Shown: positions 56,001 through 64,000 of the stretch, piece after piece
Layout of the letters: every line of letters starts with the position of its first letter
Position numbering within the stretch: position 1 is the stretch's first letter
NCBI GenBank assembly: GCA_026936335.1
Contig: JAPMXV010000072.1
Location: 62,001 to 126,000, forward strand
Direction: 5' to 3'
DNA from: Mantamonas sphyraenae STR306
Taxonomy: Eukaryota > Protista > CRuMs
Length of the DNA: 64,000 bases
Made by a program: the position numbers and the translations under genes
The notes under the pieces: model-generated
What the model was told of the DNA's origin: nothing
The model's database searches: none
What the model saw: only the letters and a program-made list of their open reading frames with translations

Positions 56001-59000
56001 CCTCCGCAGCAGGTTCCTCAGGCGCAGGTTCCTCAGGCACAGGCTCCTCAGGCGCAGGTTCCTCAGGTGTGGGTTCCTCAGGCACAGGCTCTTCAGGCAC
56101 AGGTTCCTCAGGTGTGGGTTCCTCAGGCGCAGGTTCCTCGGGCACAGGTTCCTCAGGCGCAGGCTCCTCAGGTGTGGGTTCCTCCGGGGCTGTTTCCTCG
56201 GGCACAGGCTCCTCGGGCACAGGCTCTTCAGGTGCGGGCTCCTCGCCCTCCACCTCCTTGCCCTCGCCACTGCTGCTTGCTGCAACTGCCCCCTCAACCT
56301 CGACCTCAACCATCTGCGTCTCATGCGACAGCTCAAACTCGATCTCGCTGCGCTGCATGCTCTTGGCACCCTTAATGCCGACTCCACCTGCAATCACAAC
56401 CAGCAGGTTGTTCGGCACTTGCGTCAACATCACGTTGCCCTCGATCACCTTGTTCATCAGATCGGTCTTCTTCTTCAGGTTGGGGACCGTTCCAAAGCCA
56501 GCGACTTCACACAGCGTGCGCAGTTGCTTCTTCTTCAGCACATCCAACTCCTTGACTGTGACCACACGGTCAACAAACACCGTCTGCTCTTGCATCTCCG
56601 TGGTGACGGGCGGCGGCACATCGACCTCGACCTCCGCAGCAGGTTCCTCAGGCACAGGCTCTTCAGGCACAGGCTCCTCAGGCGCAGGTTCCTCAGTTGT
56701 GGGTTCCTCAGGCGCAGGTTCCTCAGGCACAGGCTCCTCAGGCGCAGGTTCCTCAGGTGTGGGTTCCTCAGGCACAGGTTCCTCAGGCACAGGCTCTTCA
56801 GGCACAGGTTCCTCAGGTGTGGGTTCCTCAGGCGCAGGTTCCTCGGGCACAGGTTCCTCAGGCGCAGGCTCCTCAGGTGTGGGTTCCTCCGGGGCTGTTT
56901 CCTCGGGCACAGGCTCCTCGGGCACAGGCTCTTCAGGTGCGGGCTCCTCGCCCTCCACCTCCTTGCCCTCGCCACTGCTGCTTGCTGCAACTGCCCCCTC
57001 AACCTCGACCTCAACCATCTGCGTCTCATGCGACAGCTCAAACTCGATCTCGCTGCGTTGCATGCTCTTGGCACCCTTAATGCCGACTCCACCTGCAATC
57101 ACAACCAGCAGGTTGTCCGGCACTTGCGTCAACATCACGTTGCCCTCGATCACCTTGTTCATCAGATCGGTCTTCTTCTTCAGGTTGGGGACCGTTCCAA
57201 AGCCAGCGACTTCACACAGCGTGCGCAATTGCTTCTTCTTCAGCACATCCAACTCCTTGACTGTGACCACACGGTCAACAAACACCGTCTGCTCTTGCAT
57301 CTCCGTGGTGACGGGCGGCGGCACATCGACCTCGACCTCCGCAGCAGGTTCCTCAGGCACAGGCTCTTTGGGCGCAGGCTCTTCAGGCACAGGCTCCTCA
57401 GGCGCAGGTTCCTCAGGCACAGGTTCTTCAGGCACAGGCTCTTCAGGCACAGGTTCCTCGGGCACAGGCTCCTCAGGGGTGGGTTCCTCCGGGGCTGTTT
57501 CCTCGGGCACAGGCTCTTCAGGTGCGGGCTCCTCGCCCTCCACCTCCTTGCCCTCGCCACTGCTGCTTGCTGCAACTGCCCCCTCAACCTCGACCTCAAC
57601 CATCTGCGTCTCATGCGACAGCTCAAACTCGATCTCGCTGCGTTGCATGCTCTTGGCACCCTTAATGCCGACTCCACCTGCAATCACAACCAGCAGGTTG
57701 TCCGGCACTTGCGTCAACATCACGTTGCCCTCGATCACCTTGTTCATCAGATCGGTCTTCTTCTTCAGGTTGGGGACCGTTCCAAAGCCAGCGACTTCAC
57801 ACAGCGTGCGCAATTGCTTCTTCTTCAGCACATCCAACTCCTTGACTGTGACCACACGGTCAACAAACACCGTCTGCTCTTGCATCTCCGTGGTGACGGG
57901 CGGCGGCACATCGACCTCGACCTCCGCAGCAGGTTCCTCAGGCGCAGGTTCCTCAGGCGCAGGCTCTTCAGGCACAGGCTCCTCAGGCGCAGGTTCCTCA
58001 GTTGTGGGTTCCTCAGGCGCAGGTTCCTCAGGCGCAGGTTCCTCAGGCGCAGGTTCCTCAGGCGCAGGTTCCTCGGGCACAGGTTCCTCAGGTGTGGGTT
58101 CCTCAGGCGCAGGTTCCTCGGGCACAGGCTCCTCAGGGGTGGGTTCCTCAGGCACAGGCTCCTCGGGCACAGGCTCTTCAGGTGCGGGCTCCTCGCCCTC
58201 CACCTCCTTGCCCTCGCCACTGCTGCTTGCTGCAACTGCCCCCTCAACCTCGACCTCAACCATCTGCGTCTCATGCGACAGCTCAAACTCGATCTCGCTG
58301 CGTTGCATGCTCTTGGCACCCTTAATGCCGACTCCACCTGCAATCACAACCAGCAGGTTGTCCGGCACTTGCGTCAACATCACGTTGCCCTCGATCACCT
58401 TGTTCATCAGATCGGTCTTCTTCTTCAGGTTGGGGACCGTTCCAAAGCCAGCGACTTCACACAGCGTGCGCAATTGCTTCTTCTTCAGCACATCCAACTC
58501 CTTGACTGTGACCACACGGTCAACAAACACCGTCTGCTCTTGCATCTCCGTGGTGACGGGCGGCGGCACATCGACCTCGACCTCCGCAGCAGGTTCCTCA
58601 GGCGCAGGTTCCTCAGGCGCAGGCTCTTCAGGCACAGGCTCCTCAGGCGCAGGTTCCTCAGTTGTGGGTTCCTCAGGCGCAGGTTCCTCGGGCACAGGCT
58701 CCTCAGGTGTGGGTTCCTCAGTTGTGGGTTCCTCAGGCGCAGGTTCCTCGGGCACAGGTTCTTCAGGCGCAGGTTCCTCGGGCACAGGTTCCTCAGGCAC
58801 AGGCTCCTCAGGTGTGGGTTCCTCCGGGGCTGTTTCCTCGGGCACAGGCTCCTCGGGCACAGGCTCTTCAGGTGCGGGCTCCTCGCCCTCCACCTCCTTG
58901 CCCTCGCCACTGCTGCTTGCTGCAACTGCACCCTCAACCTCGACCTCAACCATCTGCGTCTCATGCGACAGCTCAAACTCGATCTCGCTGCGTTGCATGC

Positions 59001-61657
59001 TCTTGGCACCCTTAATGCCGACTCCACCTGCAATCACAACCAGCAGGTTGTCCGGCACTTGCGTCAACATCACGTTGCCCTCGATCACCTTGTTCATCAG
59101 GTCGGTCTTCTTCTTCAGGTTGGGGACCGTTCCAAAGCCAGCGACTTCACACAGCGTGCGCAATTGCTTCTTCTTCAGCACATCCAACTCCTTGACTGTG
59201 ACCACACGGTCAACAAACACCGTCTGCTCTTGCATCTCCGTGGTGACGGGCGGCGGCACATCGACCTCGACCTCCGCAGCAGGTTCCTCGGGCGCAGGTT
59301 CCTCAGGTGTGGGTTCCTCAGGCGCAGGTTCCTCAGGCACAGGCTCCTCAGGCACAGGCTCCTCAGGCACAGGTTCTTCGGGCACAGGCTCCTCAGGCAC
59401 AGGCTCCTCAGGCGCAGGCTCCTCAGGCACAGGCTCTTCAGGGGCAGGCTCCTCACCCTGGACACCATCATTGCCATTCTCGGTCTCCACCTGGACCTCG
59501 ACAGGGACCTCCACCTCCACCTCCATGCTGGAATAGGCAATGCGCAGCCCCTCAAGGTCCATGCTCTTGTCAACCTGCACTCCGTTTGCAACTGCAATCT
59601 CACGAAGCTGTGTTTCTGGCAGCTGGGACAGCGTCACGTTGGCTTTCAACACCGACATCATGCGTGCCTTGTCGCTGTTCTTCTTCGGCAGGCCAAGTGC
59701 AGCCAACAGCTTCTTCACCTGAGCCTTCTTCAACGGCTTGAGATCGCCTTCTGTGACTGGACGGTCCACAAATTGCTTCTCCACGCGCGTAGTGGTGGTT
59801 GCCGCCACGGTGTTGCTTGCTGCTACCTCGACCTCCGCCTCTGGCTCAGCTTCACTTGTACGCTCAGCCTTACGTGGTGACACGGCTCCTCCGCGCGGTG
59901 ACGTCTTGTCTTGCTTCATGGATCGCACACGCGGCATGCTGAAGCTGAGATCCAGTTGCGGGTTCTCGGCGTCCAGGGACATCTCCTTGCCCTCGCTGTC
60001 GTATGTGTACAGCTGGCCCATCTCGTCTGCGTACACGTTTTTTACCCGGGAACTTTTCCTCGTCACGGAAGAACAGCACGCCGTACGCATCCTTGAACGT
60101 GGCCTTGTCCTCGTGGCCCAGAATGCGCTCGTCCACCGCCTCGCTGTATTCCAGCAGTTTGGCGTTGCCTTCGTCGTCGTACGTCATGTACTGTCCGTTC
60201 GAGTCCAGGTACACGCGCGTGTCTGGCCAGCGCTCGTCCAGCATGTATGTGCGGCCTTGCTCGTCGAGCAGCTGCTCCTCGTCGAGAAAGTAAGGGATGT
60301 CTTGGTCATCGTACGCAAAGGGGCGGTCGTTCGCGTCGTAGTACACCCGCAGTCCAGGGTGTTCCTCTTGCACGTAATACGTGGCCCCAAACTCGTCGAT
60401 GTGCTCTTCGCCCGGGTGGGCGCTGACAATCGGCTTGTTCTTCCAGCGAAGGTAGGCCAGCTCCACGACACCCACAGCCCACTTGAGCGGGTGCACAAAG
60501 ATGTCGTAATACTCCATGACGACCGAATTGAGCAGTTCCACCATCATTTCTGTGTCGCGTTTGAGCTGCTCGTCCGGCAGATCCTGCTTGATCATGTGTG
60601 GCGCCAGACCGTGCAGCAGCGCATCCATGGACACTCCCGTCACCTCCACCTGTTCGGCGACTGTGTACAGATGCTGTGCAAAGTGGAACAGCAGCAGTTT
60701 GTTCTCCTGCGGAAAGTCGTCTTTCAGCGCAAGGAGATTGCGAAGCCGCGGCCCCGGCGTCTTTCCTTGCTTGCGTGCCACTGTGCAGCGGGTTTGCACA
60801 CACCCAGTGTCGCACACAATGCACATGGATCACGTGGCGTGTGGTTCAACGCGTCAGTGTGTGCTTCCTAACCATCTTTGGCTGCCGTTGGGCCTCGCAA
60901 ACTTTCAGAGGGAAACGGGTCGGTGAAAAGCGCTCCCTGAATCCTGCGCCTTGCTGCTTGCTCATCGCAAGCTACTGTGGAGGCCAAACACGCACAAACC
61001 GTCACCATGCGCACAACCTACTTATCGGAATCATCATGCAGCCGTCGTAAAAGTCGTTTGTGAACACAGGCTCGCTCTGGCGGGCAAAAAACTCCTTCAG
61101 CAGACACGCCACAACGTGGCCGTCGCAGTCTTGGCTTCCAAGCTCGGGTGCTTGCCCTGCACACTCGCATGCATGTGCATGTGTCAGCTCATGGCTCCTC
61201 TATACGCCTCCCTCATGTGGTACTTTCCTCTCCCTGTTTCCACTCACCTTGCTCGTACAGCGCGACGAGGCTGTCCAGCGCCGTCGTCTGCCCTTCGTCC
61301 AAGTCGCTGCGCTCCAGGGTGTAGATGCCCGGCAAGTCCAAAGCTGTGGGAACGACGGTGTGCAACATGAGTGAGTGAGTGAGTGAGTGAGTGAGTGAGA
61401 CCAGCGTACCGTGTCGCCAGTGGTGGCCCACACCAAAAGCACAACGGCAGAAGACGACGTCGTCGTCAGGGAATGATGATGATTGATGTCCCACGCATTT
61501 CCCCGGCCGCCCACCACATACCTCTCTCTTCGATGTAGGCGATGCAGTGTGACACAATCAGTGGCACCTCGGCTTCCTCGTCCTTCAGGTAAGCCCGAGT
61601 AAAGTCCACCGACTGCGTCATGGTTCCACCAAAGAACCCAACCGCAGTCTCACTCAT
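50035..61657 (-). CDS. Giant multidomain protein: degenerate RhoGAP, Tyr-rich repeats, ~11 HeH/SAP-like modules with EEPxP linkers, many IQ motifs, 3-4 B-box fingers, acidic region, LRRs; about four 5' introns and an apparent +1 frameshift at 60038-60043
   Basis: [15 protein letters not shown]|[57 protein letters not shown] (RhoGAP); [12 protein letters not shown] and [12 protein letters not shown] (IQ); [21 protein letters not shown] (B-box); [15 protein letters not shown] (LRR). Confidence 0.85.
53612..53727 (-). repeat. Three copies of a 39-bp coding repeat ([13 protein letters not shown]-like)
   Basis: [40 protein letters not shown]. Confidence 0.85.
54850..59460 (-). repeat. Nested tandem array: 7 near-identical domain modules alternating with variable-length 15-bp minisatellite (GAG GAA/GAG CCT GYG CCY = EEPxP)
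   Basis: Module periods 570, 630, 705, 585, 660 and 690 bp, all differing by multiples of 15. Confidence 0.97.
61368..61399. repeat. (GAGT)n microsatellite in an intron of the RhoGAP-like gene
   Basis: tgagtgagtgagtgagtgagtgagtgagtgag. Confidence 0.85.
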
Positions 61658-61820
61658 CGTCGTCTGTGCTTTTTCGGTGCCGGTGTCGGGGCAGGGTTTC
61701 CCCCCCATCTTCTCTGCATCCCAAACTCCATCATCACCAACGTTCCAATCTCCATCCTCACCCAACACCCTCACCTCTCCGTCACGCCCATGCACGGTCA
61801 ATGACTCTTCAACGGGGATT

Positions 61821-62517
61821 TCATTTCTTTTGCTGGAAGCGCAGGCCGCAGTATGTGCAAGCCTGAGGTCCAGGCTTGTCCAGATTGATAAAGATGCGCG
61901 GGTGGCCCAGGGCAGGGTCCTTCCCTCCGTCACAGTACGTCCATGTGCCGTCCACCTCCTTAGGCGGCACCGCGTTGATGAGCTCCTCCGCGTCCATGGG
62001 GTCAAACAGCTGTTCAGCCCCCCGCCACCCCCGTGTGCCAAGGATCCACACCCAGGCGCGTGCATATGCCACGTCCGATGTCCATGTGTGTATATTTCGT
62101 CGTACAACCCTTCCTTTGTCAGTGTTTGTCCTTCCCCGTGCCCTGAAGTTTGTCCCCCCGCCTCATGCTGCTGCTGCTGCCCTCTCCCCCTTCCGTCGCT
62201 CCGTCTCCCGCCTGGCACCATGCCATGCCCCACGCCAAACTTACGTCGTGATGCAACGACTTCTGCTTCATGTTGCTGGTGCTCTCTGCCACGCTGGTGG
62301 ATCCCTCGGAGCTGGCCATGATGGACACGCGCGAAAACAACCGCACGCTTCCGCAGGCCACGGCCGTCTCGCTCAGCGCTCCCAGCCCGCTCACCACGCT
62401 GCTGTTGCTGCTCCTCAGACTTGCCACTGTGCTGCTGCTGCTGCTGCTGCTGCTCTTGCTCACCACACCCACTGTCTTGCTCAGCACACGGCTGCTCTTG
62501 CGCACACGCCCAAACAT
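61821..62517 (-). CDS. NDUFS6: Complex I zinc-finger subunit (zf-CHCC), intron-containing
   Basis: AEELINAVPPKEVDG...CDGGKDPALGHPRIFINLDKPGPQACTYCGLRF; presequence-like MFGRVRKSSRVLSK; internal exon structure unresolved. Confidence 0.88.
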
Positions 62518-62599
62518 TTCGACTTTGGCAGGACTTGGCTCCGCGCTCGCGCCGCTCGCGACGCCACCGAAACCCACAGCCCTTGTTTCCTTCGACGAC

Positions 62600-64000
62600 A
62601 TGTTTGTTCGCCGTGCCAACCGTGCTCAAGGCCACACCCGTCGCGCCATGTCCACTGCCGCCTCGTTCCCTCAAAGCCGCGAGGGTAACGAGTACGAGCT
62701 CAACTGGAGCCTGGGTATGTCGAGTCCATCAGCCCCAGCCCCACCCCTTGCCTCCCCCGGTTTCCTTGCCCTGCTTTCCATGATGCCCCTCCCTCCATCC
62801 CACCGGCTTCCCCATCCCGCTGTCCATCCCTATCCACCCGTTGTTGGACAGTGCCTCTTGTCTTCCACCATCCCTGGGCCGTGTGCAAAATGCGCTGCGC
62901 TGACCCTCCGTTTGCCCGCCTCATCCCACCCGACCCCCCCCCCCCCACACAGCTGCAAACGGCGTCCCTCCCACAAACTCTGCCTACCGTAACCTGTACA
63001 CACCCATTGCCGATGGGCCTGCTGCCAAGGGTAGGTTGCATGCGGTGGTCTCTGGCCCCGTGTGCCTCACCAAGCATGTTTGTTTCCCTCCGACCCGTTT
63101 CCACTCCCCACCGCTCGCTCACACTCGTCTGCGGTTGTGTACCCCATGTGCCACCGTGTATGGTCCATGTGCCCCTCCCCCATCCCCTCCCCCCTCACCT
63201 CCCTCTTTCCTGCAGAGAACACTGCGTTCATCGACTCGTACTCGCTGGGCACGTCGCTGCTCCTGAACAAAGTGGCCGACCAGATTTCCGCCTCGGAGAC
63301 GGTGTATGCCGTCGATGGCCAGGCTGCAGGCGGTGCCGTGGCCCTGCGTTGCGTCACCAACTCACCTCGTGTGTCCAACTTTGCCTCGCTGCTGCTGGCA
63401 CCCAGCACCGACCCGGTCACCGCCTACACCCCCGACTCGGTCGCCTACGTCGCCGCCGCCGCCGCTGCTGATGCTTCAAACTCCTCCTCCTCCAAGCACG
63501 CTGGCGTCACTGCTTCTTTGTACAACGGCCTGGCTGCCCTCTCGGGCTCCTCGGGCTCCGCAGCAGTGAGGGATGTGCTTGCCGCCGCCGCCCGCGCTGC
63601 CGTCAGCGACAAGCTGGCTGCCCTGACCCTCAAGTGTGACGCCGTGGCCACTTCCAAAGGCCTCTCCTTGGTGTTTGCACCCCAGGATCTGACTGTCCAG
63701 GCGGCCGTGCTGGCCAACCAGAAGCTGGCCGCCGCCCACCATCTTGCCTGGAGCAACAGCGCCGTGACGCCCATGTGGAACGCTAGCAGCTCCCTCGTGG
63801 CCGCTGGCGAGCAGGGCTACCGTGAAACGGCCCAGGATGGAAAGCAACATGTGCTCACCACTCCCTTCACCTCAGACTCGGCTGCCCTGGGTGCCCCTGT
63901 CAACCTCGTCTTTTTGGTCGATGACGCCGACGCAAACGCCCCCGCAGTGACCACTCTCGACCAGGCCGCTGCCACCGACTTTTACCAAAGCGAGCGTCTT
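62600..64000 (+). CDS. Probably mitochondrial, degenerate PEPCK(ATP)-fold protein, running off the window; exons about 62600-62714, 62953-63030, 63216-end
   Basis: Presequence MFVRRANRAQGHTRRAMSTAA; EGNEYELNWSLAANGV...AYRNL, LLNKVADQIS..VYAVDG....ALRCVTNSP recall the PEPCK N-domain; no GxxGxGKT seen. Confidence 0.6.

Noticed and set aside
54850-59460. Repeat-spacer appearance suggestive of a CRISPR array
   Set aside because: Units are in-frame coding modules with a 15-bp minisatellite; no unique spacers, no cas genes, eukaryotic context.
49912-59880. Very long plus-strand ORFs (1523, 1770 and 1592 aa)
   Set aside because: Antisense shadows of the giant minus-strand gene; products are [12 protein letters not shown] low-complexity translations of the repeat with no domain signal.
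1-64000. Alternative genetic code or non-canonical splice sites
   Set aside because: Conserved genes translate cleanly in the standard code, all three stop codons are used, and every intron I could place is GT-AG.

Overview
Eukaryotic DNA from a very compact, GC-rich genome, most likely a heterotrophic protist (species not assignable from this window). It holds about 30 protein genes with short GT-AG introns, often containing CA/TG microsatellites, and intergenic gaps frequently under 150 bp. The first ~38.6 kb is mostly housekeeping genes (ACADM, THOC3, RTN4IP1-like, ALG13, DUS2, RCC1-repeat, AMACR, AOAH, INTS9, DRAP1, NXF1, LYAR, MRI1, SPOUT1) plus orphans. The right part is dominated by two convergent giant repeat genes. 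One is a ~3,150-aa surface receptor (bacterial-type SBBP beta-propeller, Cys-rich segments, many IPT/TIG domains including a near-perfect 858-bp tandem array, and a multi-TM domain). The other is a ~3,750-aa protein with a degenerate RhoGAP, Tyr-rich repeats, ~11 helix-extension-helix-like modules spaced by EEPxP minisatellite linkers, IQ motifs, B-boxes and LRRs. The most striking DNA-level structure is a slightly diverged ~1.3-kb inverted duplication (32973-34272 / 48699-50009). It brackets a 14.4-kb segment, carries an intact HEAT-repeat gene in both copies, and supplies the stop codon or 3' flank of both giant genes. Also noted: an 807-bp structured intron that may host an ncRNA, two apparent +1 frameshifts in A-runs (probably sequencing errors), a TGAA-type motif at gene ends, and many 50-140-bp head-to-head promoters. 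No rRNA, tRNA, CRISPR array or transposase was recognised. All family calls are motif recognition by eye, not database searches.
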